37,399 bases of DNA from NCBI GenBank assembly GCA_964651315.1, contig CAZYXO010000001.1, positions 1-37,399 of the forward strand, written 5' to 3'. The notes under the pieces are model-generated. The model worked only from the letters and a program-made list of their open reading frames with translations, did not search any database and had not been told where the DNA came from. Origin of the DNA: an uncultured Muribaculaceae bacterium (GTDB lineage: Bacteria; Bacillota_I; Bacilli_A; RF39; UBA660). Positions 8,617-17,484 of the stretch are shown piece after piece; the first letter of the stretch is position 1, and each line of letters starts with the position of its first letter. A program made the translations under genes and the position numbers.

Positions 8617-10046
8617 TAACGAATGTTACTCAAGAAGATATTCAGTCAATTTACAATCTTGGGAAAGAAATAAATGATAACTTTAGTAAACTATACATAA
8701 TTGAAAATATAATAAATGATAGTAATTATAACATTTTAATATATAAAGATGATGGAAAAGTTATAGGTTTTATAATGACTTATACCTTATACGATACAAC
8801 AGATATTTTGAATATTATAGTAGATAAAAATTATCGAAGACAAAATATTGGAAGTAAATTAATAGAAAAAATTATCGAGATAAATAAGAATAATAAAATA
8901 ATGTTAGAAGTTAATACAAATAATGAACCAGCCATTAATTTATACAAAAAATTGGGATTTGAAATAATAAATACCAGAAAAAGATATTATCACGATGATA
9001 ATGCTTATGTGATGAGTAAAAGCATTAATAATACAGAGAATAAAAAAGATATTTATATTTTAGCAATTGAATCAAGTTGTGATGAAACAAGTGTTGCAAT
9101 TGTAAAAAATGGTTGTGAAGTAATTTCTCTATCAATTTCTACCCAAATTGACACGCATAAATTGTATGGAGGTGTAGTACCAGAAATTGCTTCAAGAATG
9201 CATACGGAAGCAATAACTTTAGTGTTAGAAGATGCACTAAAGAAAGCAAATATGAAGATTAGTGACATGTCATCTATTGCAGTTACTTATGCGCCAGGTT
9301 TGATGGGTGGGCTTTTAGTTGGTTTAGAAGCAGCAAAAACTCTTGCTTTTTGTTATAACTTACCATTGATAAAAGTTAATCATTTAATAGGTCATATATA
9401 TGCAAATAATATCGAAAATAAATTAGTGTTTCCACTTTTAGCTTTAATTATAAGTGGAGGACATACCGAATTATTGATTATGGAAGGAGATTATAAATTT
9501 AAGAAACTAGGAGAAACACTAGATGATGCAATTGGAGAATCTTTTGATAAAGTAGCAAGAGTGTTAAATTTACCTTATCCTGGTGGTCCCTGTATTGAAA
9601 AATTAGCTAAACTCGGAGAAAATACTTATCAATTACCTAAATCTGTAAACGATAATACTTACAACTTCAGTTTTAGTGGTTTAAAAAGTGCAGTTATTAA
9701 TGTTGTTAATAATGCTAAAAATCGTAAAGAAGATATTAGACCAAATGATTTAGCGTGTTCTTTTCAAACAATTGCAGTTGAACAAATAATAAGAAAATTA
9801 TCTTTAGCATTAAAAACCACTGGAATAAAAAATATTGTAATTGCCGGAGGAGTATCTGCAAATTTATATTTACAAAATGAAGTGAAAAAAATTGCTGAAA
9901 ATTTTGGGACTAATGTTTATATTCCCAGTTTAATATATTGTACTGATAATGCTGCAATGATTGGTGCTGCAGCATATCCACTATATTTAAAAAGAGAATT
10001 TAGTAATTATAGTATAAATGCACAATCTCGTGTAGAAATTAAATAA
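8613..10046 (+). CDS. tsaD: Fused RimI-type GNAT acetyltransferase / TsaD (t6A37 transferase)
   Basis: The N-terminal ~140 aa are GNAT (RRQNIGSKLIEKII, NEPAINLYKKLGF). The remainder is TsaD/Kae1 (ILAIESSCDETSVAIV, SGGHTELL). One continuous 477-aa ORF. Confidence 0.9.
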   Translation: MITNVTQEDIQSIYNLGKEINDNFSKLYIIENIINDSNYNILIYKDDGKVIGFIMTYTLYDTTDILNIIVDKNYRRQNIGSKLIEKIIEINKNNKIMLEVNTNNEPAINLYKKLGFEIINTRKRYYHDDNAYVMSKSINNTENKKDIYILAIESSCDETSVAIVKNGCEVISLSISTQIDTHKLYGGVVPEIASRMHTEAITLVLEDALKKANMKISDMSSIAVTYAPGLMGGLLVGLEAAKTLAFCYNLPLIKVNHLIGHIYANNIENKLVFPLLALIISGGHTELLIMEGDYKFKKLGETLDDAIGESFDKVARVLNLPYPGGPCIEKLAKLGENTYQLPKSVNDNTYNFSFSGLKSAVINVVNNAKNRKEDIRPNDLACSFQTIAVEQIIRKLSLALKTTGIKNIVIAGGVSANLYLQNEVKKIAENFGTNVYIPSLIYCTDNAAMIGAAAYPLYLKREFSNYSINAQSRVEIK

Positions 10047-10094
10047 ATTAACAAACAAAAATTAACCAAATATGTAAAAAACTTAAAATCAGCA

Positions 10095-10123
10095 TTGAAT
10101 ATCTTTAAAAAGCCATGTATAAT
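10095..10123 (+). promoter_or_regulatory. Near-consensus promoter of the TasA-like bicistron
   Basis: TTGAAT, a 17-nt spacer, then TATAAT, about 30 nt upstream of AGGAGG and ATG 10154. Confidence 0.7.
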
Positions 10124-10153
10124 AGAAATTAGGAAACTAGGAGGTACCAAATA

Positions 10154-10729
10154 ATGAAGCAGCAAAAGAAACTAATATTACCAATTATAGTGTTAGTAAC
10201 ATCATTAATCGTTTTAGTTCTATCAATTACTTATGCATATTTTGCCCAGATAGTTGATTTAAGCGATACAACACCAACAGATTTTTCTACAGGTTATATG
10301 GATATTACATTTACTACGAATAATTATTTTTCTAATTCAAGTATGGAATTGTTAGATGCAAGTAGCGTGATAGCGAATGCAGATTATACTGAATTTGTAG
10401 TGGCTCCTAATGGAGGAACAGTATCGACAATTAAATATGATATATATTTTAATAATTTATCTGTTAGTAATAATTTAAAAAGTACTTATTTCAAATGGGC
10501 TTTATATCAAGGTGACACAAGAATTAGCGAAGGTAACTTTGGTTCTTTAGGAACAAATACCGAACTTAAATTAACAAATTCACAAATAAGTATGACTAGT
10601 GCTTCGCCATCTACAACATATCGTGTTTATGTATGGCTAGAAAATGATTCAAGTGTAAATCAAAACTCGTTATTATCTGGTAGTTTTAATGGTAAAGTTG
10701 CAATTTATGCGACTTCACCAACACCGTAA
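10154..10729 (+). CDS. Secreted TasA/camelysin-like protein with SipW-type signal peptide (family member 1)
   Basis: K-rich n-region, ~20-aa hydrophobic core, then SITYAYFAQ (compare GGTFAFFSD in camelysin and TasA). Thr/Ser/Asn-rich mature part. AGGAGG RBS and a consensus promoter upstream. Confidence 0.65.
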   Translation: MKQQKKLILPIIVLVTSLIVLVLSITYAYFAQIVDLSDTTPTDFSTGYMDITFTTNNYFSNSSMELLDASSVIANADYTEFVVAPNGGTVSTIKYDIYFNNLSVSNNLKSTYFKWALYQGDTRISEGNFGSLGTNTELKLTNSQISMTSASPSTTYRVYVWLENDSSVNQNSLLSGSFNGKVAIYATSPTP

Positions 10730-10741
10730 GGGGGAAATAAT

Positions 10742-11299
10742 ATGAAAAAAAATACTATTCCAATTATCGTCGGCATTTCTGCTTTTGCTTTAGTTATTAT
10801 CGGCAGTACTTTTGCTTATTTTGCTTCAACGTACACTACAGTAGGTACAACACAAACAACAAATTTAAGCACGCAATCTGTAACTACAGTTGTGTATAAT
10901 AATTCAAGTGAAATAAATTTGCAAGATGCTAATCCTGGTACAACACAAACAGCTTCATTTAATTTAGTTTATAATGCATTTTCGCCAACAGCAATCGCTC
11001 AAACTTATAATATTGTATGGAATATTACAAATAATACTTTTACTGGTACTGGTGAATTATTATATACTTTATCAAAAAGTACAGATAATATAAACTGGAC
11101 TAATGTTGCAACAGATGTTGATTGTACAACATTTACTGGTGAAAATACAATTGCTACAAATGAAACAATCTCAAGTTTAAATGGAGCAACAACTACTATT
11201 TACTGGCGATTTACCTTAAACTTTGTCAATAAAGCCGATGCACAGGGCAATATGAATGCTGATTTAGCAGGATATCTAAGTGTTACAGGAATAAGTTAA
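10742..11299 (+). CDS. Secreted TasA/camelysin-like protein with SipW-type signal peptide (family member 2)
   Basis: Signal peptide ends GSTFAYFASTYT. The mature N-terminus aligns with the 33.4 kb and 35.5 kb paralogues. Lies 12 nt after member 1 and is followed by a terminator hairpin. Confidence 0.65.
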   Translation: MKKNTIPIIVGISAFALVIIGSTFAYFASTYTTVGTTQTTNLSTQSVTTVVYNNSSEINLQDANPGTTQTASFNLVYNAFSPTAIAQTYNIVWNITNNTFTGTGELLYTLSKSTDNINWTNVATDVDCTTFTGENTIATNETISSLNGATTTIYWRFTLNFVNKADAQGNMNADLAGYLSVTGIS

Positions 11300-11311
11300 T
11301 ATGTAAAATTT

Positions 11312-11338
11312 AAGATGTATAAACATCTTTTTTCTTTG
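11312..11338 (+). terminator. Terminator after the TasA-like bicistron
   Basis: aagatgt-ataa-acatctt hairpin followed by tttttcttt. Confidence 0.75.
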
Positions 11339-11377
11339 TACAAAAACATGCTTTAAATATTTTTACTATGTTTTTAA

Positions 11378-11406
11378 TTGCAAAACAAAACGCGATATGT
11401 TAAGAT
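11378..11406 (+). promoter_or_regulatory. Candidate promoter of the coiled-coil gene
   Basis: TTGCAA, a 17-nt spacer, then TAAGAT. Confidence 0.45.
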
Positions 11407-11435
11407 TAATTTAGAATAAAATAGGAGTGATTATC

Positions 11436-13157
11436 ATGAAAAATAATGTTTACAAATTAATCGATGAACTAGTGGATATTGTTGATAACTCAAAAGATAT
11501 CAACAATATGAAAGATAAACTAACTGAATTAGAACAAGAAAAAGAGCTTATTCTTAAAACTTTAGCAGAATTAAGAGAATCTATGATAGATGAAAAATAT
11601 ATTGATATGAATCGCGAAATGGCTGATCGTAATTTTGAAATAAACTTATCTAAAGAAATTAAAAAATTAGAAAAAAAACTAGCAAGAATTGTAGAAAATG
11701 CGGAAGCAATTGGTAAGAAATTAGAAAAAACTACTAATAATTTAGAAGAAGTGAAAAAAGAAAAAGAAACACGTTCTATTTATTGGAATAATACAAAAGA
11801 TAAATTATCTTCAATAAATCGTGATTTTTATGATGAAGAAGCAAATAACTATGCGTTGTTAGAACAAGAAGTAGATAAATTGGAAAAAGAACAAAATGCT
11901 ATTGCTAAAGAAGCTGAATGCTTAAATGAAGCTATTGATGATTTAAAAAATGAAATTGGTACGAAAAAAACTCGTTTATCAGAAATAAAAGCAAATTTAA
12001 AAAATAAAAAGTGTTATTTTGATAAAGATTTAGAAGCAAAAGATATTAACGAAATAGAAAATTTAAATAATCGTATTGGAGAATTAAATAAAGAAATTAA
12101 TGAAATAAATTTAAAACCAGTTTTTGCTGGAGAAAGCATTAAGAAAATGGTAGAACTTGATGATATCTATGGAGCTCTTAAAAAAACAAAAGAATTATCT
12201 GATTATATAAACAAATTAATTGAAGAAAATAAAATGCACGATTATGATAAAGTATTTACAGAATTGACTGAATTCACTGAGCAAATAAAAGATAAAAATT
12301 ATATGATAAATAATGATGATTATATTAGTAATCGTATGGAATTTATAAATAATGAAATAATAGAGTTAGAATCAAGAAAAAATTTTTATAACTCTGAAAT
12401 AGATAACAATATTAGTGCAAAAATGGATAATCTGTTTCATACTATTGAAAAATTAATCAAAAAAGAAAAAGATTTAACAGCAGAATTATTAAATTTGCAA
12501 AAAACAAATTTAGATTTCAATGATAATATAAAGGATAAATTAGAGATAACGATTAAAAACACAGAAACCAATTTATCATCATTAAAAAGTATTATTAATA
12601 AATATCGTAATGAATTAAATAATCTTTTTTTACAAAATGAAAAATATCAAAGAATTATTTCTAATATTATGGAATCAATAAGTGATTATCAATTAGAATT
12701 AGTTGATTTATCTAAGTTAAGTAATAACGAAGTTTATAATATTAATGAAATTATAAGTGATAATAATCATTTAAAAGAGTTAAAAAATATTATGGAAACA
12801 AAAAAAATTATAAATAATCCGGGTAAATCGCCTTTAGAGTTATATGATCAAATTGAAATGGTTTTAGGTTCACTTAATTTATCTGATGTTAAGAGTATTC
12901 CTAAAAGGAACATTTCATTTGAAAGAGTAAATTCTGAAAAAAGAGCTCCAAGGCGAATTATTGAAGAAAATTCACCACAAAAAAATGAAATAACAAATAC
13001 TGAAACTGAACAAAATATAAAATTGCACAAGGTAATTGAAATAATATCTTCAGATAATGAAATTATTGAAGAAGAAACAAATTTAAATGACAACGAAACG
13101 GATTTTGTGGGAATTGACGATATTATTAATAATGATGGAGGTTCTTTATGGAATTAA
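11436..13157 (+). CDS. Large cytoplasmic coiled-coil protein, unknown function
   Basis: 573 aa and extremely Lys/Glu/Asn/Leu-rich with a heptad-like composition. No signal peptide, TM segment or NTPase motif, and an acidic C-terminal tail. ATG 11436 follows AGGAGTG. Confidence 0.6.
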   Translation: MKNNVYKLIDELVDIVDNSKDINNMKDKLTELEQEKELILKTLAELRESMIDEKYIDMNREMADRNFEINLSKEIKKLEKKLARIVENAEAIGKKLEKTTNNLEEVKKEKETRSIYWNNTKDKLSSINRDFYDEEANNYALLEQEVDKLEKEQNAIAKEAECLNEAIDDLKNEIGTKKTRLSEIKANLKNKKCYFDKDLEAKDINEIENLNNRIGELNKEINEINLKPVFAGESIKKMVELDDIYGALKKTKELSDYINKLIEENKMHDYDKVFTELTEFTEQIKDKNYMINNDDYISNRMEFINNEIIELESRKNFYNSEIDNNISAKMDNLFHTIEKLIKKEKDLTAELLNLQKTNLDFNDNIKDKLEITIKNTETNLSSLKSIINKYRNELNNLFLQNEKYQRIISNIMESISDYQLELVDLSKLSNNEVYNINEIISDNNHLKELKNIMETKKIINNPGKSPLELYDQIEMVLGSLNLSDVKSIPKRNISFERVNSEKRAPRRIIEENSPQKNEITNTETEQNIKLHKVIEIISSDNEIIEEETNLNDNETDFVGIDDIINNDGGSLWN

Positions 13158-13390
13158 AGATTAATTCAATAGTAGTTTTAGATGATCAAAGTAGATATAT
13201 TTTACTTAATAAATTAACAAAAGATAATCATAATTATTTTTTAACAATGGGAGTAGATAAAGAAAAAAATATTATTCCCGATATTGTTGCTATTTTAGAA
13301 GAAAATATAGTAAACGGCGAAATATTTGTATCTAAAGTTGAAGATTATAATTTAATAGTAGAATTAACTAGATTATTTAAAAATCAATAA
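13148..13390 (+). CDS. Small protein, DUF1292-like (tentative)
   Basis: 80 aa. Its start overlaps the coiled-coil gene stop by 10 nt. The pattern IVVLDD...YILL......YFL.....IV.ILEE....GE....VED resembles DUF1292/UPF0473 proteins. Weak call. Confidence 0.4.
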   Translation: MELKINSIVVLDDQSRYILLNKLTKDNHNYFLTMGVDKEKNIIPDIVAILEENIVNGEIFVSKVEDYNLIVELTRLFKNQ

Positions 13391-13395
13391 TAATT

Positions 13396-13437
13396 AAAAA
13401 AACCCCTTTAAAATAGTTTTTTAAAGGGGTTTTAATT
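13396..13437. terminator. Bidirectional terminator between the small ORF (+) and the sortase gene (-)
   Basis: A 13-bp stem aacccctttaaaa / ttttaaaggggtt flanked by an A-run and a T-run. Confidence 0.85.
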
Positions 13438-13454
13438 TATACGTTTTTTTATAA

Positions 13455-14519
13455 TTAATCTAATTTTTTTTCGTATTTTATTAATTTAGCATGCATGACA
13501 ACCCTTTCGGTTTTTCCATAACATGTTGATAAAGTAATTATTTTATCATTATCAAATAAATCTATATCAAAGTTTAATTTGCTTCTATCTTTTAATTTAG
13601 TAAAAAATTTTAAGGCTTCGTTCTCACTAAATTTTATTTGCAAATAATCTGATGTTTCTTCGATAATATAAACGCTAAACACTTGCCATAAATAATTATT
13701 TGTTTGTGTACTTGTTTTAATAATATGATTATCTTCATTTTTATACCAATTGTTTTTTAATATATTTTTTAAAGTTCCAAACATGGTACCATTTACTCTA
13801 CTATGAGCATATAAAATTGTATTTTGATTTAATTCATCTTTATTATTTCGAAAATCCATAAATATCCAACCAGAAGTATTTTTTGTTTTATTAAATGAAT
13901 GATTTAAATAATAATTATTATCATTAGTTTGAACTACTGGATAATTAATATTGGTACCTTTAACTTGTACCCATGCAACTGTATCACTATTTTTTTTCAG
14001 TAATGTTTCAAAATTAACGTCTATTAAATTTTCGTTAATATATTTCCAATATAAACTAGTCTTTTTATTACTAGTTGTCTTATTTGGTGGATTTATAATT
14101 TCAGTATTCTCATTAAGTATTGTATCACTATCAATAATATCAGTATTAATATCTATTATTTCAGTATCAGTTATTAAATTATCAATTTGATCATTAGTTT
14201 TTTTCGTATCTATAAACCAAATGGCTATTTTAGAACAAGAATATATTAACATGCTTAAACTAACGATAATTAATAATAAAAAAATTAAATTACGATATTT
14301 CAGTTTCAATCGTTTTTTTGAATGAATATTTGTTTTTGGCACATCATTTAATGGTTTTTTGATATCAATTTTGATAATTTCTATTTTTTTTGTTTTGTCT
14401 TTAATGACGTTCTCTTTATTAATCTTATTTTTGCTATATCTTGAACTTCTAGTCTCATTTATTATTAAATCTTTATTATCAATGTTTATACTTTTCTTTT
14501 TATATTTTTTCTTATCCAT
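13455..14519 (-). CDS. srtB: Class B sortase with extended Lys-rich N-terminal region
   Basis: The catalytic region has TILYAHS (His), the TLSTC active-site Cys motif and a C-terminal VVMHAKL-type Arg/His region. One TM segment (LIFLLLIIVSLSMLIY) follows an ~85-aa basic N-terminus. Confidence 0.8.
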   Translation of the reverse strand: MDKKKYKKKSINIDNKDLIINETRSSRYSKNKINKENVIKDKTKKIEIIKIDIKKPLNDVPKTNIHSKKRLKLKYRNLIFLLLIIVSLSMLIYSCSKIAIWFIDTKKTNDQIDNLITDTEIIDINTDIIDSDTILNENTEIINPPNKTTSNKKTSLYWKYINENLIDVNFETLLKKNSDTVAWVQVKGTNINYPVVQTNDNNYYLNHSFNKTKNTSGWIFMDFRNNKDELNQNTILYAHSRVNGTMFGTLKNILKNNWYKNEDNHIIKTSTQTNNYLWQVFSVYIIEETSDYLQIKFSENEALKFFTKLKDRSKLNFDIDLFDNDKIITLSTCYGKTERVVMHAKLIKYEKKLD

Positions 14520-14658
14520 ATCTTTTTCCTCAAAACCATTTTAACAAATTTCTTTTAATAAATCTATGAAGATTATAAAATAAGCATAGATTATCTAAAA
14601 TAATTCGTGTAAAATTCACATTTATAAGTTATAATAATGTTAGGGAGGAGTAGTTTTT

Positions 14659-15612
14659 ATGGAAAATATTTTAAAATCAAAAGTTACTTATTATATAATT
14701 GGGAGTTTTTTGTTAGGAATGCTAGTAATGTCATTTTTCTTTCCAAAAAGAATTGCTAAATTAAAGAATGGCGAGGAAGTAGTAGTAAAATATGAAAATG
14801 GTGAATTGTCTGCAAATGAATTATTTGATGAATTAAAAAAATATTCAGCAATAAATTTAATTTTAAATAAGGTGGATACTGAAATTTTAACTGATATTTA
14901 TGAAGTTGATGAAAATATGACAACAGAAATTCAAGCACAAGCCGATGAGTATATTGCATATTATGAAGAAAATGGTTATTCTAAAGAAGAATTTTTAACT
15001 CAAAGTGGTTTTAAATCATACGAAGATTTTGTTGAAGTAATAAAAGTGGAATATTTACAAAATAAATATTATATTGATTCTTTAAAAGAAAATATTACTG
15101 AAGAAGAAATCAATGAATTTTATAAAAATGATGTTTTTGGTGATATATCAACAAAATACATTGCAGTTCCATCATCAGAATCTGATGCTAAAGATATTGC
15201 TAATAAAATTTTAAAAATGTTGAAAGATGGAAAATCTTTTGATGAAGCAGTAAAAAAATATAGTGATTCTGTTGAATCAGAAAATTTAAATTACATATCT
15301 TTTGATAGTAATTTAGATAGTGATTATCTAAAAAGTTTAAGAAAACTAAAAGATGGTAAGTATACAACAAGTTATGTAGAAACTGAATATGGATATACAA
15401 TTATATTCAGAGATGCTTCAAAAGAAAAATCAACTTTAGAAGATGTAAAAAATAGAATAATTGAATATATGGTAAGTGAAATTCAAGCAAATGATACTGA
15501 ACAAACTGGTGTACCTAAAGCTTTAATTGAATTAAGAGACAAATATAAAATCGAATTCTATGATACAGAATTTAAATTAAAGTATGATGAATTTAAAGAA
15601 GAATATAAATAG
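14659..15612 (+). CDS. PrsA-like foldase / parvulin-type peptidyl-prolyl isomerase
   Basis: N-terminal membrane anchor, SurA_N-like helical region, and a parvulin-like core (KDGKSFDEAVKKYSDS ... EYGYTIIF). Confidence 0.7.
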   Translation: MENILKSKVTYYIIGSFLLGMLVMSFFFPKRIAKLKNGEEVVVKYENGELSANELFDELKKYSAINLILNKVDTEILTDIYEVDENMTTEIQAQADEYIAYYEENGYSKEEFLTQSGFKSYEDFVEVIKVEYLQNKYYIDSLKENITEEEINEFYKNDVFGDISTKYIAVPSSESDAKDIANKILKMLKDGKSFDEAVKKYSDSVESENLNYISFDSNLDSDYLKSLRKLKDGKYTTSYVETEYGYTIIFRDASKEKSTLEDVKNRIIEYMVSEIQANDTEQTGVPKALIELRDKYKIEFYDTEFKLKYDEFKEEYK

Positions 15613-15686
15613 TATTCTTTTTTAATTTGGAATTATATCAGTTTTTTGGTATAATATATATGCTTTTAGAAATGGAGTGATTTATA

Positions 15687-16127
15687 ATGAAAGTGATATT
15701 ACTAAAAGATGTAAAAGGAAAAGGAAAAAAAGATGATATACTAGATGTTAATGATGGATATGCAAATAACTTTTTAATTAAAAAAAAGTTAGCAGTATCT
15801 TATACGAAAAGAAGTAAAGAAATACTTAATATTGAACTTGATAAAAAAAGTTTAGATGAACAAAATTATATTGAGAAATGTAATAATGTTAAAGAAAACC
15901 TAGAGAATAAAGAATTAAAGTTTATTGTTAAAACTGGTAAAAATGATAAAGTTTTTGGTAGCATTTCTGTTAAACAAATTGTTGATAAGTTAAAAGAAAT
16001 GGGATTTGATATAAAGAAAACGGAAATCAAAATTAATAATCCGATTGATACTTTAGGGGTTCATAATATTAATATTGAACTTCATAAAAAGGTGAAATTT
16101 CAAATTAAAATTAATTTAATTAAATAG
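15687..16127 (+). CDS. rplI: 50S ribosomal protein L9
   Basis: [30 protein letters not shown] is a canonical L9 N-terminus. Lies upstream of dnaB as in Bacillota. Confidence 0.95.
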   Translation: MKVILLKDVKGKGKKDDILDVNDGYANNFLIKKKLAVSYTKRSKEILNIELDKKSLDEQNYIEKCNNVKENLENKELKFIVKTGKNDKVFGSISVKQIVDKLKEMGFDIKKTEIKINNPIDTLGVHNINIELHKKVKFQIKINLIK

Positions 16128-16137
16128 GAGGAGATTT

Positions 16138-17484
16138 ATGGCTAATAGAAAAATGCCACAAGTAGTAGATATTGAAATGAATGTTTTAGGTATTTCTTTT
16201 ATTAATAAATATTCATTAGAAAAAATATGTGAAGAAACTACTAGTGATATGTATTTTGATGAAAAAAATAGATTGATTTTTGAATCTGTTTTAAGATTGC
16301 ATAAAAATAATACTCCAATAGATGTTAATACTGTAAAAGTTGATTTAGAAGAACATAAATGTTTGAATAATGCAGGTGGTCTTGATTATTTAACAGATGT
16401 AATAACAAGTGTAAGTAGTACTGCAAATTTAGAATACTATTTACGAGTTATCAAAGAATATGCAATAAGAAGAGCATTAATTGAAACTGCAACTGATATT
16501 GTTAATAGTGGATATGATAATGATGACATTAATGCAACACTTGATTATGCCGAAAAAAATATTTTTAATGTAGTTAAATCACGTCAGATAGGAGAATTTC
16601 GTTCAATTGCACAAGTTTTAAGAAGTGCACAGGAAAATTTAGAAAGACTTTCAAAAACAAAAACAGTTGTAACCGGACTTCCTTCAGGATTCATTGATTT
16701 AGATAAAATAACAACTGGATTTCAAGCAGGTGAAATGATTATTATCGCTGCTCGTCCCGGAATGGGTAAGACAGCACTAGCACTTAATATGGCTGTTAAT
16801 GCTGCTAAAAGTACTAAAAAAGCAGTTGCAGTATTCAACTTAGAAATGCCAGCAGAAATGTTAGTAAATAGAATGATTAGTGCTGAAGGCAATATTGATG
16901 CTTATAAATTACAAACTGGTTCTATGGGAGATAATGATTGGAAAAGATATAATGAAGCTTTATCAGTTTTAGCAGATACGAATATATATATAGAAGATAA
17001 TTCAGGCATAAATATTTCAGAAATTAGAGCAAAATGTCGTCGTCTTGCTCAAAAAGAAGAAGGTTTAGGTTTAGTTGTAATCGATTATTTGCAATTATTA
17101 TCAACTGGTAATAAAAGAATTGAATCAAGACAAGTAGAAGTATCAGAAATATCAAGATCAATTAAAACAATGTCTTTAGAATTAGGCGTTCCTGTTATTG
17201 CCCTTGCCCAATTATCGCGTAATGCCGAACGAAGAGAGAATTCTCAACCAATGCTTGCTGATTTACGTGAAAGTGGTAGTTTAGAACAAGATGCTGATAT
17301 GGTAATGTTTATTAATAGAAAAGATTACTATGAGGCAAAAAATGATAAAAAAGAAACTGTTGTACCAGCAGAATTATTAATAGCAAAACATCGTAAAGGA
17401 GCAACTGGTTTAATTAATTTAATATTTGAACTTAATTATAGTTTATTTAGAAGTTATACAAACAAGATAGAAGGTGATAATTAG
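16138..17484 (+). CDS. dnaB: Replicative DNA helicase DnaB (DnaC in the Bacillus naming)
   Basis: Walker A ARPGMGKTALALN, DYLQLL, and the LAQLSR and LRESGSLEQDAD motifs. 448 aa, so no intein. Confidence 0.96.
   Translation: MANRKMPQVVDIEMNVLGISFINKYSLEKICEETTSDMYFDEKNRLIFESVLRLHKNNTPIDVNTVKVDLEEHKCLNNAGGLDYLTDVITSVSSTANLEYYLRVIKEYAIRRALIETATDIVNSGYDNDDINATLDYAEKNIFNVVKSRQIGEFRSIAQVLRSAQENLERLSKTKTVVTGLPSGFIDLDKITTGFQAGEMIIIAARPGMGKTALALNMAVNAAKSTKKAVAVFNLEMPAEMLVNRMISAEGNIDAYKLQTGSMGDNDWKRYNEALSVLADTNIYIEDNSGINISEIRAKCRRLAQKEEGLGLVVIDYLQLLSTGNKRIESRQVEVSEISRSIKTMSLELGVPVIALAQLSRNAERRENSQPMLADLRESGSLEQDADMVMFINRKDYYEAKNDKKETVVPAELLIAKHRKGATGLINLIFELNYSLFRSYTNKIEGDN

Noticed and set aside
10154-14519. 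The idea that the TasA-like proteins next to the class B sortase are its substrates, giving a sortase-assembled pilus.
   Set aside because: None of the four family members, nor the coiled-coil protein, has a C-terminal sorting motif followed by a hydrophobic segment and a basic tail. Their C-termini are short and polar (ATSPTP, SVTGIS, AITAAM, LTNLR).
14600-14620. A CRP/FNR-like half-palindrome, GTGTAAAATTCACA, upstream of the prsA-like gene.
   Set aside because: The spacing between the TGT and ACA halves is too short for the TGTGA-N6-TCACA class, and it is a single occurrence in AT-rich promoter DNA. It is probably a coincidence.
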